Counted from the stretch's first letter, positions 31,701 to 41,733 are shown. The stretch: DNA of 64,000 nucleotides from Bacillota bacterium (GCA_012839815.1 DUMQ01000136.1:19125-83124), one strand, 5' to 3'. Numbers and translations are program-made. Notes: generated by a model from the letters alone, not told the origin.

Positions 31701-34184
31701 ATGAGATTCGTGAAACCCGGGGGAAGGCGGGGGATTATACATATACTCATTCTGGGGACAGTCCTCCTGGGGGTAGTCCTTGTAGTCCTGACATCGGCCG
31801 CTCCTGCGGGGGGACCCCTGGGGAAGCTCCAGGACGCCGTGAACCTCCAGCAGGTCGAGAAGCTAGGCCTGACCCTTGAGGCCCGCACGCGGCTCTCGGA
31901 GGACGGGTTCGTCATCTTACCATCAAACAGTTTCGAGGTGTATGACGTGTACCTGCAGGCCAAGAAGATGGGCATACCAGCCTTCGTCACGAGCGACGCG
32001 GTGCTGCACATCTCCCACCAGCTCTTTGATTATGCCCTGCGCCTGGCGGAACATGATTATCTCCTGCCGGAGATAACCAAGTTAACACACGACCTCCTCA
32101 CCAGCTTTGATTCCGCCTATCTCCGGGCTCAGCGCGACTTAAAAGTCCCGCTGAATAATCCGCCGGATAGCCGTGGAAATAGCACCACCAATAGTACCGC
32201 TAACCCCGCTGACCTGGGTCTCGTATGCCTCCGCGAGAATGTTGCGTTTTTTGCCGTCGCCGCGAGGCTCCTGAATCCTCATACCAAGGTCCCGGACTAT
32301 GTGAAAGACATCGTGGACAAGGAAATGGCTCTCATCGAAGGTCACTCAGGGGTCGCATCTTCGCCACTCTTTGGGATTGAGGAGGACTATACCCAGTATA
32401 TCCCGCGGGGCCATTATACGCGGGCGGAGGAATTCAAACGTTATTTCAAAGCCATGATGTGGTACGGCAGGATGTCCTTCGTCCTCGATGCAAGGGAACC
32501 CATAGGCGACCAGGCGCGTAAGAATGCCCTCAAGGTCATATTGCTGGCCCGGGCATTGGACGGCGCGGTGGAGGGAGCCCGGGCACGCTGGCAAGGCATC
32601 TATGATATTACATCCTTCTTCGCCGGCGCCTCGGACGACCTGTGCCTGGAAGACATCGCGTCTGTCGTGTGCGAGGTGCTCGGCCCTGCTGCCGCGGTCG
32701 GGCCCGCGCCAGCGCTCGCGCCCGCACCCGGCCACGGGCACGACCCGGCTACCGAGCTTAGCCGCCTGAGCCGAGAGTTGAGCCGCGACAAGGATAAGAT
32801 AGATGCGTTTCTGCGACGCGTTAAGAGCCTAAGACCGTCACGCATCTCATCGATCACGGGTGCCAGTGCTGGCGACTCAAGTGGGCCTGGACGGCCTGGC
32901 CAGCCACCAGTCGGGCCTGCATCATCGCCGGGGGCTGGCGGAACGGATGGCGATAAGGATACGGCGCCGCCGCTCAGGACGCTCCGGTTCATGGGTCAGA
33001 GGTTCATCCCGGATTCATATATATTTGAACAGCTCGTATTCAGGAATGTCGGGCGCTATACCGGGTATGATAAGCATGGCAATAACCATAACAAGGTTAA
33101 AGGCAAGAGCCAGCCGCCATTTACACTGGGCGGGGCCGGCATCAGGGCATTCCCGCGGGGACTCGATGTCATGGCGGTGCTTGGCTCGGACCTTGCCCTC
33201 GACATTCTGAGGCGGGACGGCGATACCTCCTATGAAGGCTACGATGAGCAGATGACGAAGCTGCGGGCGGAATTCGGGGCGCTTTCCGAGGCTGACTGGC
33301 AGCAAAACCTGTATTACTCGTGGCTTTACGCGATCAAGCCCCTGCTCTCGGTTGAGGGCGTGGACCGCCTGCCATTCGCGCGGGACGCCTGGCTCAGGAA
33401 GCAGCTCACCACGGCGCTGGGCGCCTGGACTGAGCTGAGGCACGATACCGTGCTCTACGCCAAACAGAGCTATACCAGTAAAGGTTTCCCGGTGCAGAAA
33501 CCCGGGCTGGCCAGGGGCTACGTTGAGCCCGTGCCGGAGGTTTACTCGAGAATACGGAGCCTTATAGACCGCCTCTCCGCGATGCTTGATGCCGAAGCCA
33601 GAACCAACCCGGCGGCCAGCCGCGGTCAGCCTGGACAGGGCGGGCAACGTGAGCAACGTGGGCAGGGCGTGCAGAGCGCGAGCGTGAGCGTGAGCACAAG
33701 CCCGTCGTCGTCTGGCTGGGATGAATTCATTGCGAAGCTCGATTCCTTCGCAAACCTCCTCGGCCAGCTCGAGGTCATCTCCCGCAAGGAGCTCGCAGGT
33801 AAACAGCTGACGGAAGCGGAGTACAGGACCATTGATGAGATCGGGCAATTCCTCAAGGGGATAGCTACGCTCTCGCCCGCCCTCAGCCAGCGCGTCGGGG
33901 GAGCGAGCACAGGCTCAGGCCCGGGTGGAGGCCCGGGCACGGGGAGTGCGGGCGGGCGGATGGCGCTCGTCGTGGACGTGCATACTGACTCTAATAGTCG
34001 CATGGTCCTTCAGGAAGCAGTCGGCGACCCGGCAACCATCCTCGCCCTCGTGAAGGTCGATGGGCGATGGACGGTGTGCCAGGGCGCGGTTTATACCCAC
34101 TATGAATTCAAAAGACCGGCATCAAACCGCATGACTGATGAAGAATGGCAGGATCTAAACCACGACCCCGGCAAGCTCCGCTAG
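31701..34184 (+). CDS. Large secreted or membrane-anchored hypothetical protein (about 827 aa; possibly a DUF3160-type protein).
   Basis: ATG at 31701 with a GAGGGGGC RBS. It has an N-terminal TM/signal (IIHILILGTVLLGVVLVVLTSAAPA). There are several low-complexity inserts rich in A/P/G/S. No catalytic motif was recognised. Confidence 0.7.
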   Translation: MRFVKPGGRRGIIHILILGTVLLGVVLVVLTSAAPAGGPLGKLQDAVNLQQVEKLGLTLEARTRLSEDGFVILPSNSFEVYDVYLQAKKMGIPAFVTSDAVLHISHQLFDYALRLAEHDYLLPEITKLTHDLLTSFDSAYLRAQRDLKVPLNNPPDSRGNSTTNSTANPADLGLVCLRENVAFFAVAARLLNPHTKVPDYVKDIVDKEMALIEGHSGVASSPLFGIEEDYTQYIPRGHYTRAEEFKRYFKAMMWYGRMSFVLDAREPIGDQARKNALKVILLARALDGAVEGARARWQGIYDITSFFAGASDDLCLEDIASVVCEVLGPAAAVGPAPALAPAPGHGHDPATELSRLSRELSRDKDKIDAFLRRVKSLRPSRISSITGASAGDSSGPGRPGQPPVGPASSPGAGGTDGDKDTAPPLRTLRFMGQRFIPDSYIFEQLVFRNVGRYTGYDKHGNNHNKVKGKSQPPFTLGGAGIRAFPRGLDVMAVLGSDLALDILRRDGDTSYEGYDEQMTKLRAEFGALSEADWQQNLYYSWLYAIKPLLSVEGVDRLPFARDAWLRKQLTTALGAWTELRHDTVLYAKQSYTSKGFPVQKPGLARGYVEPVPEVYSRIRSLIDRLSAMLDAEARTNPAASRGQPGQGGQREQRGQGVQSASVSVSTSPSSSGWDEFIAKLDSFANLLGQLEVISRKELAGKQLTEAEYRTIDEIGQFLKGIATLSPALSQRVGGASTGSGPGGGPGTGSAGGRMALVVDVHTDSNSRMVLQEAVGDPATILALVKVDGRWTVCQGAVYTHYEFKRPASNRMTDEEWQDLNHDPGKLR

Positions 34185-34590
34185 GCCTTCTCGGGGCCTC
34201 GTCAGATAAACAATGTTATCCTATTATGGTTATTTCCCAAAAGAATTAGAGCGGCGAAAAACGGTAAAAGATGAAGAAAGGATGAGAATAAAGACCATTA
34301 AGTATGGGCGTTTCAGCGGTACAATGTTGTTAAACATGGGTCTCAGGTCGCCGGATCTGAATGCGGAGGCGTCGGGCTTTGACCTAACCGCCTTTGACAA
34401 TAGCAGGAAGATATATAGTTCCCTATTAAAATTGACACCTCCATACGGATCAGCTATGATAGATTACAGCTGGCTGCCGAAGGCGAGGGATTGGCCAGGG
34501 ACCTCCGGGATGTGATCAAACCTGATAGAATGTCATAACCTGACTAAGAAATTTAACGGCAAGGTCGCGGTCGATGGCATCTCATTTGCG

Positions 34591-35718
34591 GTGCCCGACG
34601 GCGGCATCATGGCTCTGCTGGGCCCCAACGGCGCCGGTAAAACGACAACGGTGCGGATGCTGACGGGCCTCATCTCCCCCACCGAGGGAGAGGCTACTGT
34701 GGCGGGGCTCCCGCTCCGCGGGAATGAGAACCGCATCCGGGCACAAGTGGGGGTCCTCACTGAGACTCCAAGCCTCTACGATAGGATGCGCGTAGCCGAC
34801 TACCTCGCATTTTTCGGGCGGCTCTACGGGATACCAGGCGTCGAACTGGGTCCGCGCATTGAGCAGTTTTTGAGGCTTTTTGACCTCCAGGATCACCGGG
34901 ACAAGAGGATCGGGAGCTTTTCAAAGGGCATGAAGCAGAAGGTCGCCCTGGCACGGGCCCTTCTGCACGACCCAAGGGTCATCTTCTTGGATGAGCCTAC
35001 CTCGGGCTTGGACCCCGAAAGCGCCAGGGTGTTGCGGGATTACATTCTATTTCTCAAAGAGGAACGAAGGCGCACCATACTGGTCTGCACGCACAACCTG
35101 GACGAGGCGGAGCGCCTCGCTGACTATATAGGGATAATAAGCAGGGGGAGGCTCCTGAGGTATTCGCGCGCCGAAGAGCTGAAGACGGAGGGTCTAAGAG
35201 AGAGGGAGTTCAGGATCACGATAGACCTGAGAGAATCGAGGAACCTGAGGGTCTTAAAGGCAGGCCCAGGTGAGAGCCTCAAGGGGAATACCGCCAATGT
35301 CACCGCTAATATCACCACTAATGTCACCCCTGGTGTCTCCGTGGATATCAGCGATGTCATCGTTGATGCCGTTGAACTCGTTAAGAACACCGCGGGCGTA
35401 AAAAAGGTGACAAATGCGAGACAAGAAAGCACATCAAGGCAAATACAAGGGCGAAGACAGGATCCCGAAGGTCAATATCCTGGCACCCCGTCGCGCCTCT
35501 CTATATCTATAGTCTTTTCTACAGAGGATCCTCGCTCGACAAACCCGCAGGTCCTGCGTAGCCTCCTGGACCGGGGTTTCGCCGTGATATCCTGCGAGGA
35601 GACCACGCGGAGCCTGGAGGATGTCTACCTCGAAATCGTGGGCCATGAAGAGATGGCCAATGGGAGATCGTGGACCTCGATGGCTCCTGAGGAGGGCCGG
35701 AGCTATGGCCGTAAATAG
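34591..35718 (+). CDS. ABC transporter ATP-binding protein (ABC-2/DrrA-like) with a roughly 130-aa C-terminal extension.
   Basis: Walker A GPNGAGKTT, signature FSKGMKQKVAL, Walker B IFLDEPTSGLD. The frame stays open upstream to 34516 (..IECHNLTKKFNGKVAVDGISF) with no canonical start codon, so the N-terminus is probably about 20 aa longer. The C-terminus contains the NxT repeat NTANVTANITTNVT. Confidence 0.85.
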   Translation: MPDGGIMALLGPNGAGKTTTVRMLTGLISPTEGEATVAGLPLRGNENRIRAQVGVLTETPSLYDRMRVADYLAFFGRLYGIPGVELGPRIEQFLRLFDLQDHRDKRIGSFSKGMKQKVALARALLHDPRVIFLDEPTSGLDPESARVLRDYILFLKEERRRTILVCTHNLDEAERLADYIGIISRGRLLRYSRAEELKTEGLREREFRITIDLRESRNLRVLKAGPGESLKGNTANVTANITTNVTPGVSVDISDVIVDAVELVKNTAGVKKVTNARQESTSRQIQGRRQDPEGQYPGTPSRLSISIVFSTEDPRSTNPQVLRSLLDRGFAVISCEETTRSLEDVYLEIVGHEEMANGRSWTSMAPEEGRSYGRK

Positions 35719-36433
35719 AGCCTTTTTAGTTGCAGCGCGTGAATTAAGAGAGACCATCCAGGACACCAGGTTTGTGTATACAACCGTGGTAACTGGCCTG
35801 GCCCTTCCCGTCTTCTACGCCTATATCAGCATGAGCACGGTGAGGGCCCTCCCCACAGGGGTGGCAAGCACCATGTTCCCGGTATGGTTTTTGCTTTCGA
35901 GCATACTACCGGCTTCATTCTCGATGCAGCTTGCCCTGGCGAGCTTCGTCGGCGAAAAGGAGAACCGGACCATCGAGCCGCTCCTGGCCGCGCCCATGAG
36001 CAACCGGGAGCTATTCGTGGGCAAGGTCATAAGCTCGTTCATCCCCCCGCTCGTGCTGGTCGCAATCGTCCAGGCGGTTTTTCTCGGGGCGAGCTTTGGT
36101 TTTGCGCGGCTCAAATACAGGATGCCGTTCTCGCCCGACCTGGCCGTGATCGGCCGCACCGCCCTGCTCGTCCCGCTCGTTATCCTTTTCATGGTCGCCT
36201 GTGCCGTATTGATCTCGGCGCGCTCCACCAGTATGAGGTCGGCGCAGCAGGTCGGGGCCTTTATAAACCTCCCCATCATTTTCCTGGTCGTTTATAAAGC
36301 CCCGCAAATCCTGGATATTATGGGTAAGAGCGCGCCGGATGTGCTGGCCGTGGGCGTGGCGGTGAATATACTGCTCCTGCGCATCGGCATCAGGTTATTT
36401 AACAGGGAGAGCATTCTCACACAGATTGGCTGA
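35705..36433 (+). CDS. ABC-2 family transporter permease.
   Basis: Its ATG overlaps the ATPase stop (ATGGCCGTAAATAG), which suggests translational coupling. Six TM helices. Confidence 0.8.
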   Translation: MAVNRAFLVAARELRETIQDTRFVYTTVVTGLALPVFYAYISMSTVRALPTGVASTMFPVWFLLSSILPASFSMQLALASFVGEKENRTIEPLLAAPMSNRELFVGKVISSFIPPLVLVAIVQAVFLGASFGFARLKYRMPFSPDLAVIGRTALLVPLVILFMVACAVLISARSTSMRSAQQVGAFINLPIIFLVVYKAPQILDIMGKSAPDVLAVGVAVNILLLRIGIRLFNRESILTQIG

Positions 36434-36449
36434 CATGACATTGACGTGA

Positions 36450-36527
36450 CGGGGTGGCGCGCCTCTATTCCTCTGTCTTGCGGCCGGCGTCGGCCAGGCT
36501 GAATAGAGGCGCGCCACCTGTTTATCT
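36450..36527. terminator. Bidirectional intrinsic terminator between convergent genes.
   Basis: An 18-bp perfect stem, GGTGGCGCGCCTCTATTC...GAATAGAGGCGCGCCACC, followed by a T-rich tail. Confidence 0.55.
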
Positions 36528-36538
36528 CTAGCGCATTT

Positions 36539-36760
36539 TTAGTGAGCCGGCTCGACCGGGTACCAGCCCCGGGCGTTCATGGTGTCAAAGAGGGTCTTCG
36601 CCTGCTGGATCTGGTCATCATGGAGCTTCTTGAACGTCTGGCGAATCCCGTCGTTTGCCGACTCGAGAACCGCCATATGATAGCCACTTGACATGCTCTT
36701 TATGCTGGAAAGCAAATCACCCACCATATCCTTGTCATTGAGCCCTGCCTGAAAAGGCAT
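36539..36760 (-). CDS. Spore coat protein F-like (Coat_F domain) small protein.
   Basis: MPFQAGLNDKDMVGDLLSS..SSGYHMAVLESANDGIRQTFKKLHDD..ARGWYPV. ATG at 36760 with a perfect AAAGGAGGA RBS. Confidence 0.6.
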   Translation of the reverse strand: MPFQAGLNDKDMVGDLLSSIKSMSSGYHMAVLESANDGIRQTFKKLHDDQIQQAKTLFDTMNARGWYPVEPAH

Positions 36761-36910
36761 ATTACTTCCTCCTTTCATTTCACCCATTTTACCTTTCCTT
36801 TGGCTTACCTTGGCCTGTCCATCCTTTGAATGTTCATAACCTGTGCCTACTCTTGTGTCTACAGTTGCCATATCTACTACATCAGCTACATCAACTATGA
36901 CATCAATCCG

Positions 36911-37138
36911 CTACGACATCATCTGCTGTGGGTTATACCCGGCCTGCTGCAGGGTGCTCGACAGGGTATTTACATGGCTCTGGCACACATCCCTGGTTTG
37001 CTGGATCACGCTCTTCAAAGCCGGATCCTGGATCTGGTTTAGATAATTGTTGCATTTTGCAAGGCACAGCTGTTCCATATTAAGCTGCTCCTTTAAATAG
37101 TACTTCTCGAGCTGGGTCAGTCTCCCGGCTACTGGCAT
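36911..37138 (-). CDS. Spore coat protein F-like small protein, second copy.
   Basis: 75 aa: LTQLEKYYLKEQLNMEQLCLAKCNNYLNQIQDPALK.. has the Coat_F pattern. It is adjacent to the other coat gene. Confidence 0.5.
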   Translation of the reverse strand: MPVAGRLTQLEKYYLKEQLNMEQLCLAKCNNYLNQIQDPALKSVIQQTRDVCQSHVNTLSSTLQQAGYNPQQMMS

Positions 37139-37362
37139 CTGTAATTACCCTCCTTTATGTCTTTGTTTGTCTTTGTTTCATCTGGTCTACTTGTGGTCTA
37201 CCAGTGGCCTACTTGTGATTCCTACTGGTGATCGCATTAAGCTCCACCACACAAGAGTAGTGTTCCATGACTGCAGGGGAGCTATTCGTGGTATTTTACG
37301 TTCCCCCTCGATGTCATGACTGACATCCTGGCGATATGGCGGCATCTCGATGCGACCCGGGG

Positions 37363-38664
37363 TCACAGCACGCCGTACACCAGGGCCGGCGGGGCGGGCC
37401 TGGATGCTTCAATGCGATAACATTTCGCGAGTTCGGCGGCTGCCGCTCCCGCCCTCTCACTGGAGCTTGCGTGGACCTCGGCGATGACCTCGCCCGCCGC
37501 GACGCCATCGCCGACCTTCTTTTTCAATACCATGCCGACCGAGTAATCTATGGGGTCCCCGACCCTCTCGCGGCCAGCCCCGAGCTCCATAGCCAGCCGG
37601 CCAACCTTCAAGGCATCTATCTCGTGCACGTAGCCCTCGCCCGGCGAGGCAACCTCCTTTACAACCCTCGCCCCCGGCAGGCGCGATGGCTCGGCGATGA
37701 TCCCGGCGTCACCGCCCTGCGCCTGGATGAGCTCCTCAAACTTCCTGAGGCCGGCGCCCGATGCCAGGCAGTCCTCAAGCCTGGCTCTACCCTCGTCCGC
37801 ATCGCGCGCGATGCCGGCGAGCACAAGCATGTGACTCCCGAGGACCAGGCAAAGCTCTGTAAGATCGGGCGGGCCCGAGCCTTTAAGCGTCTCGATAGCC
37901 TCCTTCACCTCCAACGCGTTTCCAATGGCCCTCCCGAGAGGCTGATTCATATCTGACACCACGGCGACCACCCGCCTACCGGCCTCGTGGCCTATGGCTA
38001 TCATCGCCGTGGCAAGGCCGAATGCCTCATCCAGGGTCTTCATAAACGCGCCCTTTCCAGCCTTGACGTCCAAAACGATCGCGTCGGCCCCGGCGGCTAT
38101 CTTCTTGCTCATGATGCTGCTGGCGATAAGTGGTACGCTCTCCACTGTGGCGGTGACATCCCTGAGGGCATATATCTTTTTGTCAGCGGGTGCCAGGTTT
38201 CCGGTCTGTCCTGAGATCGCGATCCCGATGCGGTTGACATTTGAGATGAATTCCTCCCTCGATAAGGAGACACGAAACCCCGGGATCGACTCAAGTTTAT
38301 CAATGGTCCCCCCTGTGTGGCCGAGGGCCCTCCCGGACATCTTGGCCACAGGCGCGCCAGCCGCGGCCACAAGCGGGCCGAGGACCAGGGTTGTCTTGTC
38401 GCCCACGCCGCCCGTGCTGTGCTTGTCCACCTTTCTCCCGCGAATGGACCCAAGATCGATGGTCTCGCCGGACCTGACCATGGCGAGCGTGAGGGCCCCT
38501 ATCTCCCGCGGCGTCATACCTTTAAGGTAGATTGCCATCAGGAATGCCGACATCTGGTAATCGGGGATCTCCCCCTTCACGAAACCGTCAACCATAAAGT
38601 TGATTTCACCGGCATCAAGCTCATGCCCGTCACGTTTACGGGCTATGATCCACCTGGCTTTCAT
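37363..38664 (-). CDS. pdp: Pyrimidine-nucleoside (thymidine) phosphorylase.
   Basis: 433 aa with [13 protein letters not shown] and the glycosyl-transferase family 3 fold. Confidence 0.9.
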   Translation of the reverse strand: MKARWIIARKRDGHELDAGEINFMVDGFVKGEIPDYQMSAFLMAIYLKGMTPREIGALTLAMVRSGETIDLGSIRGRKVDKHSTGGVGDKTTLVLGPLVAAAGAPVAKMSGRALGHTGGTIDKLESIPGFRVSLSREEFISNVNRIGIAISGQTGNLAPADKKIYALRDVTATVESVPLIASSIMSKKIAAGADAIVLDVKAGKGAFMKTLDEAFGLATAMIAIGHEAGRRVVAVVSDMNQPLGRAIGNALEVKEAIETLKGSGPPDLTELCLVLGSHMLVLAGIARDADEGRARLEDCLASGAGLRKFEELIQAQGGDAGIIAEPSRLPGARVVKEVASPGEGYVHEIDALKVGRLAMELGAGRERVGDPIDYSVGMVLKKKVGDGVAAGEVIAEVHASSSERAGAAAAELAKCYRIEASRPAPPALVYGVL

Positions 38665-38712
38665 GCTTCTGCCCCTCCTTCACGTGCCTCACAAGCTTCG
38701 CCTGTTCTTCAC

Positions 38713-38890
38713 ACGGAGGCGCGCCGCAAGCGCGCCGTCCCCGGAACGCAAGCACCGGCAACCCATGGAAAAACGTCAGTAATCTTCGAACTTCGAACTT
38801 ACACTTAGCCGTGTCCGCCGGGCGGAGGGATGCGAGACACCCCGGCCACTGTGCGGCACTGATAGCTGTTACCTGCGAAAGGTCTGGGTA
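38713..38890 (-). repeat. Structured GC-rich repeat element, copy 2, in inverted orientation relative to copy 1.
   Basis: Its reverse complement aligns with 22646-22830 at about 90% identity. It lies in the divergent pdp/prs promoter region. Confidence 0.7.
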
Positions 38891-38948
38891 TTTTTTTGCG
38901 CACTAACTTAGCTGCAGAGAAACCCTTCACATATGGACAACTTTCATG

Positions 38949-38990
38949 TAAGATTATAGCTGTGACTTTAAGATTATAGCTGTGACTCGA
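38949..38990 (+). repeat. Perfect 21-bp tandem duplication (gtaagattatagctgtgact x2), 40 bp upstream of the prs start.
   Basis: Read directly from the sequence. Confidence 0.6.
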
Positions 38991-39032
38991 GGTCTTATTC
39001 CATTCTTTAACACTCTTCAAGGGGGCATTCCC

Positions 39033-39977
39033 GTGTTACGAGACCTGAAGGTTTTTAGCGGCCGGGCTCATCCCGAGCTCGCAAGGGAAATATGTTCTCA
39101 TCTTAATACTACGCTCGGCCAAGCCGAGGTGACGACCTTCGCCAATGAAAACATCTTTGTCAAGATCAACGAAAGCGTGCGCGAGGCCGATGTCTTCGTC
39201 GTGCAGCCTTCATGCTCGCCCGTAAACGACGGGCTCATGGAGCTCCTGATAATGATCGACGCCCTGAAAAGGGCCTCGGCGGGCCGGATAACGGCTGTGA
39301 TACCATACTACCCGTACTCGCGCTCCGATAAAAAGGACCAGCCCCGCGTGCCGATCACGGCAAGACTCGTGGCAGACCTGATCACTGTCGCCGGCGCCAA
39401 CAGGGTCGTGACGATCGACCTACATGCAAGCCAGATTCAGGGCTTCTTTTCGGTGCCTCTCGATCACCTGACCGCCCTGCCCATTATAGCCTCCTATTTC
39501 AAGGAAAAGCAGATTCCAAACCTCGTGGTGGTCGCGCCGGACGCCGGGCGGGCGAAGCTCGCGGCGAAATACGCAGACCGCCTCGCGGCGCCCATGGCCA
39601 TCATAGACAAGCGACGAATCGGAAATGTGGACAGGGCCGAGAGTAGCCACGTCGTCGGCGACGTCGAAGGTATGAATACACTCCTTGTTGATGATGAGAT
39701 TACGACGGGCGGCTCACTCATAGGCGCCCTGGAGATCCTCCAGGATCACGGGGCCCGCGATATGTATTTTGCCTGTACGCACGGGATTCTAACCGAGGGA
39801 GCCATCGAGCGCATCCGCTCCTCGCAACTCAAGGAGGTTGTGGTGACAAACTCCGTTCCTGTGCCGGACAGCAAGCGCTGCGGGAGGGTGGTGGTACTTT
39901 CCGTTGCGAAGCTGATCGCGGAGGCCATATGGCGAATCCATACGGGCGGCTCCATCAGCAAGCTCTTCGAGCCCTGA
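39033..39977 (+). CDS. prs: Ribose-phosphate pyrophosphokinase.
   Basis: GTG start at 39033 with an AAGGGGG RBS. Prs motifs are present (VIPYYPYSRSDKK, LLVDDEITTGGSL). Confidence 0.9.
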   Translation: MLRDLKVFSGRAHPELAREICSHLNTTLGQAEVTTFANENIFVKINESVREADVFVVQPSCSPVNDGLMELLIMIDALKRASAGRITAVIPYYPYSRSDKKDQPRVPITARLVADLITVAGANRVVTIDLHASQIQGFFSVPLDHLTALPIIASYFKEKQIPNLVVVAPDAGRAKLAAKYADRLAAPMAIIDKRRIGNVDRAESSHVVGDVEGMNTLLVDDEITTGGSLIGALEILQDHGARDMYFACTHGILTEGAIERIRSSQLKEVVVTNSVPVPDSKRCGRVVVLSVAKLIAEAIWRIHTGGSISKLFEP

Positions 39978-39988
39978 CCGCGCCGGAT

Positions 39989-41620
39989 TCACTTACGCTG
40001 GATATACCCGCCATGCACGGTGCCGGCGAGCCGGGCGAGGCCGGGGCCGATAACGGGGATGAGGCGGAGCTCCCTCGGCGTGAGCTCCCCCATGAGGACG
40101 ATGATGGCACCGTACACCAGCGCGCCGGCAAATATGGCCGCAATGGTCGCCAGCGAGTTGCTGAATGTAGCCTGGACGAGCTTGTTGTAGAATACCTTCA
40201 CTATCGCTCCCATGACAAGCGCGGCGAGGCCCGATTTAAATGCGGCTCTCGCCGCGCTCGCGCCAACCCTTGCCCGGTCGAAAATCCAAACGCCGGCGAA
40301 GTTCAAGATCCCGGCAGTCATAAATCCGAGCGCCGTCCCCAGGGCCGCCCCGCGTATTCCAAGCCCGGGCACGGCCGTGAACATAAAATTGAGCGATGCC
40401 CCGACGGTAGCCCCGATAAGTAAGCTCCTGACAGGGACCAGCGTCCACCCGAGACCTTGAAGGATGCCGGATGAGGTCTGCTGGACACACAGGAATAAGG
40501 CCCCTATGGAGAGGATGGCAAGCGGCTCCCCCGCTTCGGGACAAGCGAATAGCATGCCGCATATCTGCCTCGCCAGGATGCGAAGCCCCACAAAGGATGG
40601 CACCCCTATTAAAATGGTTAGCCTGATCGCCTCTTGAATGCGCTCACTCACAAGCCTTCGATTGCCGGTGGCCCATGCCGCTGATATGGATGGAACCAGG
40701 CTCGTGGCAAAGGCCGTGGTGATCACGGTCGGGAGGCCCACGAGGCTCATTGCCATGACAGCGAACTGGCCGTAGAGTCTTGTTGCCTCAGGGATATCGA
40801 ACCCCGCCACCTTTAGCCGCGCAGGAACTATAGCCGCGTTTGTAAGGTCCGTCAGCGGCACGACGAGCGAGGCGATGGTTACAGGCAGCGCGAGCGCCAT
40901 GATTTCCCTGAGGATGCTCAGGGCCGGAACATCATCCCCCGGTCCGGGTCCGGGTATTGTCCTCGCCGTGCCCACCAGGGCTCCGGGTGCCCTCTCTTTG
41001 AAGTAGATCCCGAGAAGCAACACAAGCCCGGCCAGGGCTCCGGTCACCGCCCCGAAAGCCGACCCAGCGGCCGAGAATTCCACGCCGCCCGGCAGGAGCA
41101 TGTATGCCAGCAGAAGGGCGGTAATGACCCTGACAACCTGTTCGATGATTTGCGAGGTCGCCGTTGGAGTCATAGTTTGAAGACCCTGGAAATAGCCGCG
41201 CAATGCCGACATGGCCGCGACAAGCACGATTGCCGGGGAGATGGCCCTTATTGAGTAGTAGGACCGGGGGTCCCCTAGCACCCTCGTAGCCAGGAACCTC
41301 GCCCCGGCGAAAAGGGAATACGACAGAACGGCACCAACGGCGATCAAGATAACCGTTGCAATCCTGAAAACCCTCGCCGCCCCCCTTGGATCGCCGTGGG
41401 CGATACGCTCGGCGACGAGCTTGGAGATGGCGACGGGGAGGCCTGACACCGATATGACGAGCATCGTGCCGTAGACGGGGTAAGCCATCTGGTAAAGGCC
41501 GACGCCCTCTGCACCAATGAGCCTGGTGAGGGGGACGAGATAGATGGCACCGAGCACCTTGCTTATGAACCCGGCCACAGTCAAAACCATGGCCCCGCGC
41601 AGGAACGACTGCTTCCGCAT
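39989..41620 (-). CDS. MOP-superfamily polysaccharide/lipid-II-type flippase, SpoVB-like (stage V sporulation protein B family).
   Basis: 543 aa with about 14 TM helices. The N-terminus FLRGAMVLTVAGFISKVLGAIYLVPLTRLIGAEGVGLYQMAYPVY matches the SpoVB/MurJ-like pattern. Confidence 0.75.
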   Translation of the reverse strand: MRKQSFLRGAMVLTVAGFISKVLGAIYLVPLTRLIGAEGVGLYQMAYPVYGTMLVISVSGLPVAISKLVAERIAHGDPRGAARVFRIATVILIAVGAVLSYSLFAGARFLATRVLGDPRSYYSIRAISPAIVLVAAMSALRGYFQGLQTMTPTATSQIIEQVVRVITALLLAYMLLPGGVEFSAAGSAFGAVTGALAGLVLLLGIYFKERAPGALVGTARTIPGPGPGDDVPALSILREIMALALPVTIASLVVPLTDLTNAAIVPARLKVAGFDIPEATRLYGQFAVMAMSLVGLPTVITTAFATSLVPSISAAWATGNRRLVSERIQEAIRLTILIGVPSFVGLRILARQICGMLFACPEAGEPLAILSIGALFLCVQQTSSGILQGLGWTLVPVRSLLIGATVGASLNFMFTAVPGLGIRGAALGTALGFMTAGILNFAGVWIFDRARVGASAARAAFKSGLAALVMGAIVKVFYNKLVQATFSNSLATIAAIFAGALVYGAIIVLMGELTPRELRLIPVIGPGLARLAGTVHGGYIQRK

Positions 41621-41733
41621 GATATATGGGTGCCCCCTCCGCTACTTATCCACCGCCCCCAAGCGAGATTCTCTGGATAAAGACGCACACCCCTTCAGCC
41701 TGGCGAAGCGAGGCGAGCCGCCAGGTGCGATTC

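Noticed and set aside
34213-34515. 100-aa ORF in the gap between the large secreted protein and the ABC ATPase.
   Set aside because: It has no RBS and no recognisable motif. Its stop codon sits exactly where the ABC ATPase frame opens, so this region is more likely an untranslated leader or the ATPase 5' region.
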